Assembly (NCBI GenBank): GCA_041690595.1
Contig: JAWLHB010000004.1
Span: 124,001-188,000, forward strand
Direction: 5' to 3'
Length of the DNA: 64,000 nt
DNA from: Lentisphaeria bacterium
Lineage (GTDB): Bacteria > Verrucomicrobiota > Lentisphaeria > JABSQK01 > JAWLHB01
The notes under the pieces are model-generated. The model was not told the origin of the DNA. It was given only the letters and a program-made list of their open reading frames with translations, and ran no database searches. The translations under genes and the position numbers were made by a program. This document shows, in pieces, positions 21,077-31,264 of this stretch (positions are counted from its first letter, which is position 1; each line of letters opens with the position of its first letter).

Positions 21077-22444
21077 TCAGAAGTAGCCGTCGAAGTACTT
21101 GCGGCGGCTCGGGTGACGCAACTTCTTGAGCGTGGCCGCCTCGATCTGGCGAATCCGCTCATGAGTCACGTCGTAACGGTGACTGAGCTGCTCCAAGGTC
21201 AGCGTTGGCTTCCCCAGAAGTCCAAAGCGCGAGACAATGATATCGCGTTCGCGCTCGGTGAGGGTGCCGAGAACATCCAGTATCGTCTCGGCAAGCAAGT
21301 TGGTCCCCGCCGCCTGATCGGGCTGCTCTCCTTTGCTGTCGATGATGAAGTCGCTGATCTGGCCTTCTTCATTGTTGTCGATGGGGCTCTGCAGCGAGAT
21401 GGTCTGGCGCTCCATTTTGCGTAGCGCACGGATGCGTTCGGGCGCAATGCCCATGCGTTCGGCGATCTCTTCCGCGCTGGGTTCATGCCCCAACTCCTGC
21501 AGGAGCTTCTGCTCCGTGCGGTTGATCCGGTGCAGGGAGCGGGCCATGTTGGCCGGAATGCGGATCGTGCGAGAATGCGACGAGAGCGCCGAGGTGATCA
21601 TCTGGCGGATCCACCAGACCGCGTACGTGCTGAAACGATAACCCCGCTGAGGCTCGAACTTGTCCACCGCCATCACCAGTCCCAGATTCCCTTCCTGTAT
21701 CAGGTCGATGAAGGGAATCCCGCAGTGCGTATATTTCTTGGCCACGCTGACCACCAGGCGGAGATTGGACTCCACCAGGCTGGTGCGCGCGCTGTCCATC
21801 CGCCCGTAGAGGGTAAGTATCTCATCCATCACCACCATGAAACCATCCACTGTCAGCGTGAGCCGCCCCACCACCTCGGCGTCGGGCGGATCCGTGCCGG
21901 TCAGCTTGTCGCGGCAGCTGCGCAGGTCGTCCATGACCTCCTGATAGAAATGGGTCGTAAACTGGTAGTTGCTCACCAGCAACTCCAGAGAACGATAGAA
22001 GAGCAGACGCTTGCTCTCGGCCTTCTCGTCTTCGCTCCCGGCAAGCTCCCCCAGTTGATCCGCCAGCTTCTCCATCGCGGAAATGATCTGCACCATGTGC
22101 ACACGCCGCTCACGGATGGTCAGGCTCTCGTCCTCGTCCGTTTCGTCGCCGCTGCTGGGTGTCATCACATCCGTTGCCTTGCCGCGCGATATGTGGTGCA
22201 CAAAGATGCGCGGCACCCGGCAGATCAGATCTCGCAACTGATCCCGCGTATCGTAGAACGTGCGGGAGTGGTACGCTTCTTCTTCCGCCGTCAGACGGGG
22301 AAGCTTACCCATCGTCTGCAGGTACGATTGAATCGAATCCTGGTCGTTGGACGATGCCCCGGCACGATCGGCCGGGGCATGTTTCAACTCGCTTCTAATC
22401 ACGTTTACTGGCGACCTTCTCGCCGGCGCTGGTCTCTCCATCAT
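21077..22444 (-). CDS. RpoD/SigA-family (group 2-like) sigma-70 factor
   Basis: Region 1.2 [11 protein letters not shown]; region 2 [12 protein letters not shown]...[10 protein letters not shown]...[11 protein letters not shown]; region 4 [10 protein letters not shown]...KLRHPSR; start uncertain (22444, 22441 or GTG 22402). Confidence 0.92.
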   Translation of the reverse strand: MMERPAPARRSPVNVIRSELKHAPADRAGASSNDQDSIQSYLQTMGKLPRLTAEEEAYHSRTFYDTRDQLRDLICRVPRIFVHHISRGKATDVMTPSSGDETDEDESLTIRERRVHMVQIISAMEKLADQLGELAGSEDEKAESKRLLFYRSLELLVSNYQFTTHFYQEVMDDLRSCRDKLTGTDPPDAEVVGRLTLTVDGFMVVMDEILTLYGRMDSARTSLVESNLRLVVSVAKKYTHCGIPFIDLIQEGNLGLVMAVDKFEPQRGYRFSTYAVWWIRQMITSALSSHSRTIRIPANMARSLHRINRTEQKLLQELGHEPSAEEIAERMGIAPERIRALRKMERQTISLQSPIDNNEEGQISDFIIDSKGEQPDQAAGTNLLAETILDVLGTLTERERDIIVSRFGLLGKPTLTLEQLSHRYDVTHERIRQIEAATLKKLRHPSRRKYFDGYF

Positions 22445-24956
22445 TGTCGCCGCCGGTCGGTGCCTCCTGCTCGCTGGGATGGAAGACCAGGCGGCCCTCG
22501 ATCTCTTCGATCGCCACTGCCATTTCCCGCTTGATCGAACCCCGCAGCAGCTCTTCCGCCAACGGATCTTCGATGTAACGCTCGACCACGCGGCGCAACG
22601 GACGCGCCCCGTACTCCGGGCGATACCCCTTTTCGATCAACAGATCTTTGACCGGCTCGCCGTAGGTTAAGGTGATGTGATGATTCTTCAGACGATCCTG
22701 AATCTTGCGGATCTCGATGTCGATGATCTTCCGCAGATCAGACTTCTCCAGCTGCCGGAAGACGATGATATCGTCTACCCGGTTGATGAATTCCGGGCGG
22801 AATTTCTTCTTCGCCGCTTCTTCCAGCCGCTCCTTCAGCACCGCATACTCTTCGGCGTCTGCCTGCTTCTCCGCATTCACGAAACCAAGCGTGCCCTGCC
22901 TGCCGAACTCCTGCGCGCCAACGTTGCTCGTCATGATCACGATCGTGTTACGGAAGTCGACCCGCACACCGAGGCTGTCGGTGATGTGCCCCTCTTCCAG
23001 TATCTGCAGCAGCATGTTGATCACGTCCGGGTGTGCCTTCTCCACTTCATCGAAGAGGACGACCGAGTAGGGACGCCGCCGCACCCGTTCCGTCAGCTGA
23101 CCGCCCTCCTCATGACCGATGTAGCCAGGAGGTGAGCCGACCAGCCGGCTGACGTTGAACTTCTCCATGTACTCCGACATGTCGATCTGGATCAGCGCTT
23201 CCGCGTCGCCGAACATGAACTCCGCCAGCCGCTTGGCCAGCAGTGTCTTGCCGACGCCCGTCGGGCCGAGGAAGATGAACGAACCGATCGGACGGCGCGG
23301 ATCCTTCAAGTCCGCCCGAGAACGCCGCAGTGCTTTGGAGATGAGCGTCACGGCACCATCCTGGCCGATCACTTCGTCCTTCAGTTCTTCCTCCATCCGC
23401 AGGAGCCGCTGCGCTTCCGCCTCTTCCATTCGCGTGACCGGAATGTTCGTAAGCTGGGCGACCACGTGCTTGATGGCGTCGTCGTCGATCGTCACCGTCC
23501 GCTCGTTGGTCTTGCGCTCCCATTCCGTGAGCGTCGCCTCCAGCTTCTCCTTCAGCGCCTTCTCCTTGTCCCGCAGTGCCGCCGCTTCCTCGTACTTCTG
23601 CTGCGATACCGCCATCTTCTTCTGGCGCTTCACTTCCGCGATGTCCGACTCGATGTCCTTCAGGTCGGGCGGGCGGATCATCGAACTGATGCGGGCACGC
23701 GAACCGGCTTCGTCCATGATATCGATAGCCTTGTCCGGAAGGTGACGCCCGGGCATGTAGCGGTCCGAAAGACGCACCGCCTCTTCGATCGACGTCTCGA
23801 TGTACTTGACGTGGTGATGCTCCTCGTACTTGTACTTGATCCCGCGCAGGATCTCGATCGCTTCCTCGACCGAAGGCGTGTTCACCACAATCGGCTGAAA
23901 GCGGCGTTCCAGCGCCGAGTCCTTCTCGATGTTCTTGCGGTACTCATCCATCGTCGTGGCGCCCACGCACTGGATCTCTCCACGCGACAGCGCCGGCTTG
24001 AGGATGTTCGACGCATCCAGTGCGCCCTCCGCTCCTCCGGCCCCCACAATCGTGTGCAACTCGTCGATGAAGAGGATGACCTTCTTGTACCGCGTTATCT
24101 CTTCCATGACCGCCTTGATGCGCTCTTCGAACTGCCCCCGGTACTTCGTGCCCGCCACCATCAGCGGCAGGTCCAGACCGATTACCCGCTTGCCGCGAAG
24201 CAATTCCGGCACTTCACCACGGATGATCGCCTGCGCCAGACCTTCCACGATCGCGGTCTTTCCGACACCCGCCTCGCCGATCAGCACCGGATTGTTCTTC
24301 GTCCGCCGGCAGAGTATCTGGATCACCCGTTCGATTTCGTTCGCTCGCCCGATTACCGGATCGAGCTTGCCCTGGATCGCCAGCTCCGTCAAGTCCCGGC
24401 CAAAGGCCTTGAGCGCCGGCATCTTCTCTTCGCCCGGCGGCGCGCTCTGACTGCTCGACTCGCTCTCTTCCTTCCCTTCCGGAGGTATGAAATTGGGATC
24501 CAGATTCTTCAGCACTTCCGTTCGCACCGCTTCCGCGTCCACCTTCAGATTGGACAGAATCTTCGCCGCGACTCCGTCCCCTTCCTTCAGCAGACCCAGC
24601 AGGATGTGCTCCGTACCGATGTAGTTGTAGTTGAGCGCTCGCGCCTCCTGCGCTGCAAGTTGCAGCACCTTCTTCACGCGCGGCGTAAAGGGCAGATCGC
24701 CTTCCTGCATGGTGGCGCCGCCCGCTCCCGAGTGTTTCTCCACCTCCATTCGCACCGTCTCCAAGTCCAGATTCATGGACTCGAGTACCGACACCGCTAC
24801 CCCCTGGCCGAGCTTGATCAGCCCGAGCAGCAGGTGCTCCGTCCCAACGTAATCATGACCGAATCGCTTGGCTTCCTTCTTCGCCAGGCTCAGTACTTGT
24901 TGGGCGCGAGGGGTGAAATTATTGTTCGGCAGATCAGGAAATTCTTCCTTCGCCAT
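22395..24956 (-). CDS. clpC: ATP-dependent Clp protease ATP-binding subunit ClpC
   Basis: Two Clp_N repeats, GEAGVGKT and GPTGVGKT Walker A motifs, UVR coiled coil ([13 protein letters not shown]), LGF ClpP-docking loop; start MAKEE after GGAGG. Confidence 0.95.
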   Translation of the reverse strand: MAKEEFPDLPNNNFTPRAQQVLSLAKKEAKRFGHDYVGTEHLLLGLIKLGQGVAVSVLESMNLDLETVRMEVEKHSGAGGATMQEGDLPFTPRVKKVLQLAAQEARALNYNYIGTEHILLGLLKEGDGVAAKILSNLKVDAEAVRTEVLKNLDPNFIPPEGKEESESSSQSAPPGEEKMPALKAFGRDLTELAIQGKLDPVIGRANEIERVIQILCRRTKNNPVLIGEAGVGKTAIVEGLAQAIIRGEVPELLRGKRVIGLDLPLMVAGTKYRGQFEERIKAVMEEITRYKKVILFIDELHTIVGAGGAEGALDASNILKPALSRGEIQCVGATTMDEYRKNIEKDSALERRFQPIVVNTPSVEEAIEILRGIKYKYEEHHHVKYIETSIEEAVRLSDRYMPGRHLPDKAIDIMDEAGSRARISSMIRPPDLKDIESDIAEVKRQKKMAVSQQKYEEAAALRDKEKALKEKLEATLTEWERKTNERTVTIDDDAIKHVVAQLTNIPVTRMEEAEAQRLLRMEEELKDEVIGQDGAVTLISKALRRSRADLKDPRRPIGSFIFLGPTGVGKTLLAKRLAEFMFGDAEALIQIDMSEYMEKFNVSRLVGSPPGYIGHEEGGQLTERVRRRPYSVVLFDEVEKAHPDVINMLLQILEEGHITDSLGVRVDFRNTIVIMTSNVGAQEFGRQGTLGFVNAEKQADAEEYAVLKERLEEAAKKKFRPEFINRVDDIIVFRQLEKSDLRKIIDIEIRKIQDRLKNHHITLTYGEPVKDLLIEKGYRPEYGARPLRRVVERYIEDPLAEELLRGSIKREMAVAIEEIEGRLVFHPSEQEAPTGGDNDGETSAGEKVASKRD

Positions 24957-25278
24957 TCTCTTTATCCTCCGTTGCGGCATGACGCCTGGCTGACATGCTG
25001 GCGTTGCCGTTTGGCTTGCAAAAAAGCGGGGCACCTTCGACAATGTAGATGATGCGGCAAGTGACAGCTGGTGCCCTGGCAATGCACAGGCAGGGCCGTC
25101 AACGGCAGGATGAAAAAAAGCTCGCATGCTTCTTCAGGATCACGACCCTGCCGAATCCTTGGGCCACCACCTACTAGTATAACGACAAATGCCCACATGC
25201 ACAACAGCTACCCATTTAAAAGACACCGCCACCCAACCGTTGTTGCATCTACGCCGTGCCGCCAGGCTGCCGTCCAGA

Positions 25279-25944
25279 TCACGGAAAGCGATGGCGTATC
25301 CCGCTGTAGAACCACTGGTAGCGCAGGTTGCTCTGCTTGGCCGCCTGTACCTGTCCATCGAGGAAGAGCACGTTGGTATCGCCGTTGTGAGGATAGCCCA
25401 CCCGTACGGGTACTTCCGCTGATACATACGGAAAACCCTTGCTGATGACCTGGTGCGTGCGCGATCCATCCAGGGAGTGACTCTGCACCCCGGAGTCGGT
25501 GAAGACCGGCACCGTGGTCGGCAGGCGCGTGTAGCGGGCACGCGGGGGAGGCCACACGGTGCTCTCATAGGTGCAATTCTGCACAAAGAGGTAGTTGACG
25601 TAGATCTGGATGGTGGTGGCCCAGTTGTCTGGATTGCTCGGGCAGATCATCACATTCTGCCGGGTGGGAGGGTGTACCGCCCCCGTTCCCACGAAAGGAC
25701 CAAGCTCGATCCACCAGCCACTGACCGTATTGTCCGGGAAGTAGTCGTCATACTCATCTGAATAGAGCATGCTGCCCAGATAAAGCTGCTTCTGGTTGCC
25801 CTGGCAGCTGCTCTGGCGCGCCTTCTCTCGCGCCCGCGAAAGCGCCGGCAGCAGCATCGACGCCAGTATGCCGATTATCGCCACCACCACCAGTAGCTCG
25901 ATGAGCGTGAAATGCGCGCGCCGATTGTCGATTCTTCCTTTCAT
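25279..25944 (-). CDS. Prepilin-type N-terminal methylation domain protein with H-X9-DG motif (DUF1559-like)
   Basis: [51 protein letters not shown] after GAGG. Confidence 0.9.
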   Translation of the reverse strand: MKGRIDNRRAHFTLIELLVVVAIIGILASMLLPALSRAREKARQSSCQGNQKQLYLGSMLYSDEYDDYFPDNTVSGWWIELGPFVGTGAVHPPTRQNVMICPSNPDNWATTIQIYVNYLFVQNCTYESTVWPPPRARYTRLPTTVPVFTDSGVQSHSLDGSRTHQVISKGFPYVSAEVPVRVGYPHNGDTNVLFLDGQVQAAKQSNLRYQWFYSGIRHRFP

Positions 25945-25948
25945 GATC

Positions 25949-28900
25949 CTACCTCTTCCTGTTGGAAATGTTGAACGATTGAGTGAGTTGCCTGCCGCTG
26001 AATTGATTGGTGATGGTGATGGTCCATGTGCCCGGAGCGACGTTGGCGCCAAGCTGGTGCGAAAGGCTCAGCCCCTCTCTGCCGACCAGATGCAGATCAC
26101 CATGCTGGGTCGCCTCTCCCGAGGGATCGAACAGCTCGACCTTCACCGCAATGGGCGCGGCAAGCGTTGCAAGCCTCAGCGAAAGATCGTTGCTCGCCCC
26201 GTTGATGGCCAGGGACGTGATCTCGATGGCGACATCGGGCGTGTCCGTCAACCAGAGCAGACGGCCATCGTAGCTGCCCACCTCGCAAGCGAGTTCCAGC
26301 CCTCTGTCGCTCCGGCGCAAGGGGAAGCTCTCATGCGTATCCATGTCGACCGCATGCGTGGCCGAGAGGGTGCTGGGGAGTACCGCCTGACACGTGCGAC
26401 GCTCCCGATGATGATTGTATAGCGCCAGCCAGCGCCCTTCCTCTGCCTGAAGCATGTGGGCGTATACATCCTTCGCCGGCGTCTCCGCCGCGGGAGGGGC
26501 CATGGCCACCAGGCGGGCTATCGCGGCGTCATCCAAGTCGATTGCGCCGGACAGCTTCGCCTGCCGATCATGCTCCGCGCTGGCAGCATGCACCAGCACC
26601 TTCCCCGCGGCAAGTTCGCCAACCTGCGCGACCGTGCTGGGAAGCCACTCGTCCACCCACGTGCAGATCAGCGCGTCGTACTGCCGCGCGGTGCCGTCCT
26701 CCAGGTCGGAGGTGGAGATCAGGTCGGCGTAGAGATCGGCATCGTAAAGGCGTCGAAGTACCTGTTCGAGCTGCGCCATGTAGGCGCGTCCGACCGTGTG
26801 CGGCTTGAAGCTCTGCTTACTTCCCCCCTTCTCCCAGGGCATCGCCTCCGTCTTTTCCGCATGCGCCAGCGCATCGCGTGGCATGACAATGCCGATCCTG
26901 GACGGGGCCAGAGACCAGGCCGCCACCAGCGGCGCCAGTCGCTGCAGTTGTCGATCGGCCGGCGTAATCGTTTCGATTGCTTCCCGGCGGTAGATACCCG
27001 TCCGTTCTCCCCCGCCGGAGGTATACCAGCGGCGATTGCCCAAGCCGGTCGCCGTGAAGAGCCAGTGCTGCATGCGGATCGATGCAGGGTCGTTACGATA
27101 CTCGCCCAGCCACGCCAGCGCCGGCTTGTTCTGGCGCTGCGAAATGGTGCGTAACAGGTTGTAGAGCAGGAAGCACTCGCCGATGTCGCCAACGGTCACC
27201 GGATAACCATCCATATCGATGAAATCGGAATGCTCGAATTGCGCGGGTGCATAGGTCCCGAGCATGCCGCTGTGGAAGGGCGAGAGGACATAGGTGAGTT
27301 CCCAGTCGGGCCGTACCTCATGAATTGCCTGCCGATGCTGGGCGATCAGCATGTTGTACGTATCGTCATAGAAATGCGCCAGCTCCACCTTCTCCTGCTT
27401 CGTCTCTGGGAATTGCCGCAATGGCCGCCCATAACGTTCCTCAAAAAGCGCCTCCAGGGCGCCCGGCTCCCGATTGTGCCAGTTCTGCCACCAGTACGAG
27501 GTCCCTTCATCGTCGACAAAGACCCGCCGCACCGCGGGATACGCCGCCCACGGGCGCATCTGCTCATGGTAGAGCTGCTTGATGAAGGTCTCCGTTGCCG
27601 GCTCCAGCGGCGCCGCATAGCTCGCCTGCCCCGAACGCACGAAGCCCTGCAGGCCCGCCTTCAGCAGATAGTCGGCTATGCCGAAAAAGTGCGAACGCCC
27701 ACCAGCCGAGTACGCCGTGGCACCATACTCCACCGCCCGTGCCAGCGAGGCGTACGCCGCAAAGCTCTCCCCCGCCTGGTAAATCGGCAACTCCGCCCAC
27801 GACAGCGAAAGATAGGCCTCCGGCAAGCGACCGACATGGAAGCGCTCCACATCGTTCCCGTCGGTCAGCGTCACCGTCAGCGCATAATCTCCCAGCGCCC
27901 AGCCATCCGTGGCGACGCTCTGCGCGCCCACCGCCGGTGCCCGCTCCTCATGCAGGGTTGCGCCATGACTGTCGATGATCGCATAGCGCTCAGCCCCCAG
28001 CGGCAGGTCGAAGCGCACCGATTCCCCTTGGAGAAACACGTGGCGATTGTGAAAGTTGATCGCGAGACCCGCCTTTGCTTCATCCTGCTCCGCCAGCTCG
28101 ACGGAGAGCGCGGCTTCCGTTTCCCCCCAGCGTGCTTCGATGCGATGACGCATGGGCGGCAGCTCTGGGAGTCTCACCTGTACGCTCTCTCCGGGAGCAA
28201 GCTGGACGGCTGGCAATGGATAGCGACGGTAGTCATCCCCGACGATGGTGATGGCGAGCGGCCCGGCACTCCCCCCATGACCGCTTGCGCGGAGCGTCCC
28301 CTCGGCCACGGCGAGCGCCAGCGTTGGCTGTTCGGTTCCGGCAAGCCAGTGGAGAGCCTGCCGATGGAACCTGGCCGTATCCTGCCAGAAGTAGAGGCGT
28401 CGCTCGTCACAGATGGTCGAGGCGAGGATACGCCCTTCACCAAGCTGCTGTGCAACCAGGAGGGGGGTGCCGTCGATGTCGGCGAGGACAGTGGCATCTT
28501 CCTTCGGTTGCACGCGGTGATAATTCGGCGTGATGGCTCGCCAGTCGAGTCCGGCGGTAACCGGATGCGGCGCACCTGCTTCGGTAACGGCCACAGGCAG
28601 CCCCTCGTTCATCCATCTCCACTCCGAGCGATGCCAGAAGTTCGCGCAGGTCACCCATGGCCCGATTCGGTGGATATCATAGATGGCGCCGTAAGGGTTC
28701 GGACGGGCTTTCGCACGGTGGCGCGGATAGTGCTCCAGCCATTCCGTCTCGCGCATGGGCGTCTGATCGACATGATCCGGACTCTGCGCAATGCGTACCG
28801 GCAGCAGCGGGGCCAGCGCCTCCCAGTTGCCGAAATCCTTACCCCACCCCCCATATGCCTGGTAGCCGCCGCTGAAGTAGAGTCCATGACCGCTCGACAC

Positions 28901-30352
28901 ATACTCCCGAAGCTCTTCCAGGTACGGCTCCAGCGCACCGGCAGGAAAGTCGTTGATCACCAGGACGTCATAATCGTACAGGTTGACCAGGTAGTTCAGG
29001 AAATCCGTCTCGAAGGCCACATCGATAGCGAAACGGGTATCCCCCTTCAGGAAGTGCTGAGCATGCTCGCGTGCCTGAAATGCCCAGCGCTGACTATAGA
29101 TCACCTGGCCGAAATAATAGGCAAAGTCGTAGGCCGGATTCGCCATCGGCTTGGTGTACGTCTCGATCTCCGGGAACTCCTCGGCCGTTCCCCAGGCGGC
29201 ATTCCCATAGTCCCAGAAGGAAAGCACCAGCACCCGAGTCCGCTCTTCCGCTTTCCGCTCGGTCGGCGTGATGCTCAACGTTTCGACGCGGCTCTGCAGG
29301 AGCGGAGGAGGTGCCTTGGCCGGGATCTCGACGGCGGCCGTCCTTCCCGCGATGAGCGCCATGCGAAGCTCCACCTGCTCCGTCGCCGTCACCAGTTGCG
29401 AAGCCCCTTCCGGCAGCGCCGTCTGGTGCGCTCCTGGCTGCTCGATCGTCAGACGCTCCCGGTCACCTGCCCGGTAGCTCCGACTCTCGCTGTCTGCCTG
29501 GAAGATACGCAACTGATTGTCGCTGATCCCGGCCGCGAAGTCGGCGGTGGCGGCATGCACGGCAGTCAATCCATGAAGCGGCATGAGCACCACCTCGCTC
29601 TGCCAGGTGGCCCCAGGTGCGATCTCCGCGCTCTCATACGCCCATTCGAGCGTCGAACCCGATGCCGCTGGCCAGAAGCTCAGCCAGGCAAGCTGGTCGT
29701 AGTTGGCAACGCCAAGCAGGCCGCTGCCGCTCTCCGGCACCACCAACGCCAGCCAGCCCGCGACAAAATCCTCGACACGCTCGGTGGCGCGGAAGGCAAC
29801 ACCCGTCGCCGTAGGCATGAAGCCGCTGTCGCCATCCTTGGTCGCGGGCAGCGTCGTGTAGTTATGAACCCAGAGACCGAAGCGCTTTGGCACAAAACCG
29901 ACGTTCTCGATGAGCAGGCGCGCCTGGAGGCGGTGCTCCCCGTCTCGCAGTCGAAGCTCTCGCGTGAAGCGCAGGCCAGCGGCGAATTGGCCGGTTCCAT
30001 CGAAGCTCAGCCGTACGGCCGCCGTCTCCGGCCCTTCATCGAGTACGCTGATGTGGCAGGAAAGGTTGCCGAGCGTGCCGGGATAGTTGGTCGCCCGGGG
30101 AATCAGGTTGAGCAACCCGCCACTGCCATTCTCCGCCTGCCAGACCGCGAACTCCTGCTGATCCCCCTTGCGAATCAGCGAGATGACCCGTCCACCGTAG
30201 TGCGGCGAGGCCACCACCCGCAGATGATCGTTCTCGAGGACCACATTGTCGATGCCATAGGCGTCGCCGGCCTGTTCTGTCCGTACACTGGCCGCCTCCG
30301 CGGACCCTGAAAGCAACGCGAGCAGGAGAAAAAAGCTGAAGAGTCGAATCAT
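25949..30352 (-). CDS. Secreted 1467-aa multidomain protein: mutarotase-like N-domain, GATase1-like (DUF1355) domain, GH-A-like barrel, Ig-like tail
   Basis: Signal peptide; VLENDHLRVVASPHYGGRVISL; YDVLVIND...EYVSSGHGLYFSGGYQAYG...LAPLLPV; FVDDEG, DMDGYP, WLGEY; PGTWTITITN. Confidence 0.65.
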   Translation of the reverse strand: MIRLFSFFLLLALLSGSAEAASVRTEQAGDAYGIDNVVLENDHLRVVASPHYGGRVISLIRKGDQQEFAVWQAENGSGGLLNLIPRATNYPGTLGNLSCHISVLDEGPETAAVRLSFDGTGQFAAGLRFTRELRLRDGEHRLQARLLIENVGFVPKRFGLWVHNYTTLPATKDGDSGFMPTATGVAFRATERVEDFVAGWLALVVPESGSGLLGVANYDQLAWLSFWPAASGSTLEWAYESAEIAPGATWQSEVVLMPLHGLTAVHAATADFAAGISDNQLRIFQADSESRSYRAGDRERLTIEQPGAHQTALPEGASQLVTATEQVELRMALIAGRTAAVEIPAKAPPPLLQSRVETLSITPTERKAEERTRVLVLSFWDYGNAAWGTAEEFPEIETYTKPMANPAYDFAYYFGQVIYSQRWAFQAREHAQHFLKGDTRFAIDVAFETDFLNYLVNLYDYDVLVINDFPAGALEPYLEELREYVSSGHGLYFSGGYQAYGGWGKDFGNWEALAPLLPVRIAQSPDHVDQTPMRETEWLEHYPRHRAKARPNPYGAIYDIHRIGPWVTCANFWHRSEWRWMNEGLPVAVTEAGAPHPVTAGLDWRAITPNYHRVQPKEDATVLADIDGTPLLVAQQLGEGRILASTICDERRLYFWQDTARFHRQALHWLAGTEQPTLALAVAEGTLRASGHGGSAGPLAITIVGDDYRRYPLPAVQLAPGESVQVRLPELPPMRHRIEARWGETEAALSVELAEQDEAKAGLAINFHNRHVFLQGESVRFDLPLGAERYAIIDSHGATLHEERAPAVGAQSVATDGWALGDYALTVTLTDGNDVERFHVGRLPEAYLSLSWAELPIYQAGESFAAYASLARAVEYGATAYSAGGRSHFFGIADYLLKAGLQGFVRSGQASYAAPLEPATETFIKQLYHEQMRPWAAYPAVRRVFVDDEGTSYWWQNWHNREPGALEALFEERYGRPLRQFPETKQEKVELAHFYDDTYNMLIAQHRQAIHEVRPDWELTYVLSPFHSGMLGTYAPAQFEHSDFIDMDGYPVTVGDIGECFLLYNLLRTISQRQNKPALAWLGEYRNDPASIRMQHWLFTATGLGNRRWYTSGGGERTGIYRREAIETITPADRQLQRLAPLVAAWSLAPSRIGIVMPRDALAHAEKTEAMPWEKGGSKQSFKPHTVGRAYMAQLEQVLRRLYDADLYADLISTSDLEDGTARQYDALICTWVDEWLPSTVAQVGELAAGKVLVHAASAEHDRQAKLSGAIDLDDAAIARLVAMAPPAAETPAKDVYAHMLQAEEGRWLALYNHHRERRTCQAVLPSTLSATHAVDMDTHESFPLRRSDRGLELACEVGSYDGRLLWLTDTPDVAIEITSLAINGASNDLSLRLATLAAPIAVKVELFDPSGEATQHGDLHLVGREGLSLSHQLGANVAPGTWTITITNQFSGRQLTQSFNISNRKR

Positions 30353-30355
30353 GAT

Positions 30356-31264
30356 CTACCGTGGTTTCCGAATCGTTATCTTTTTCGGGATGTCAAAGAG
30401 GCTTTCGGCGTTGGACGCCAACTCGTCGATCAGGCCGCTGGCGTCCCTCCGCATGGTCGTCATCGCCTCCTCGTTCATCGTCCGCGCAAAGGACCGAAAA
30501 GCCAGCAGCACCGGCTTGCCGCCACTGGGCACGGTGATGCTCAATGGCGATATGTACTCATTGCAGGCGCCCTCGATAGATGCGCCCTCGGGAGCGACCC
30601 AGGCCAGGCCAAATGCTCCGGCAGCGTGCGGATTGCTGCCGGGCGCAAGCTTGGTGTCGTAAAGCAGCAGCCAACTCTTCTGCGGCAGCGCGCGCGTCTG
30701 CCGGTCATGCGCCACATCCTCCTCCGGCAGCAGCATGCGCCGGTCGCGATCTTCAGCTTTCGGGCAGTAGCCGCCTGGGGCCATGTTGAGATGCACCGTA
30801 TACAGGGCGTCCCCCGCTGCACTGAACCGGCAGAACAACTCGGGACGATCCTCGTGCAGCGCCAGCGTCAACTCCACCTCGCGCTCACCGATCTGCCAGC
30901 GGATCATGACCGACTTGCGATTCAGGGCGCCCTCGCGTGTTTCGATGCTGAATGGTCGCCGCGACAGTGAGGCTCCCTGCTGCTCCCGCACATTGAAGCT
31001 GAACGCGGGTGCCGAGTACAAATGATTGACTTGGACTGCCGCTATGTTTGGATCCCCACCAATGCTGCCATCCGCTTCCACATAGCGCTCGCAGCGGATC
31101 TCGTAGGAGGCCACGCTGTTCCGCAGGATGATCGTGCGCTTCACATGCTCCCGTCGATCCTCACGCAGGGGCGTAACCGGCTTGTCGCCACTGTCCTCAA
31201 GTCGCACCTGGGCGTACAGGCTATGACAGGTCAGCACGATCAACAGGAAGATGACTTGCTTCAT
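30356..31264 (-). CDS. Secreted hypothetical protein
   Basis: Signal peptide MKQVIFLLIVLTCHSLYA; ATGA coupling to regulator stop; GAGG upstream. Confidence 0.75.
   Translation of the reverse strand: MKQVIFLLIVLTCHSLYAQVRLEDSGDKPVTPLREDRREHVKRTIILRNSVASYEIRCERYVEADGSIGGDPNIAAVQVNHLYSAPAFSFNVREQQGASLSRRPFSIETREGALNRKSVMIRWQIGEREVELTLALHEDRPELFCRFSAAGDALYTVHLNMAPGGYCPKAEDRDRRMLLPEEDVAHDRQTRALPQKSWLLLYDTKLAPGSNPHAAGAFGLAWVAPEGASIEGACNEYISPLSITVPSGGKPVLLAFRSFARTMNEEAMTTMRRDASGLIDELASNAESLFDIPKKITIRKPR

Noticed and set aside
24957..25278. CIRCE or CtsR operator upstream of clpC
   Set aside because: Neither TTAGCACTC-N9-GAGTGCTAA nor GGTCAAA repeats are present
27230..30310. 1026-aa plus-strand ORF
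   Set aside because: Lies wholly opposite the 1467-aa gene, Arg-rich, no recognisable domain
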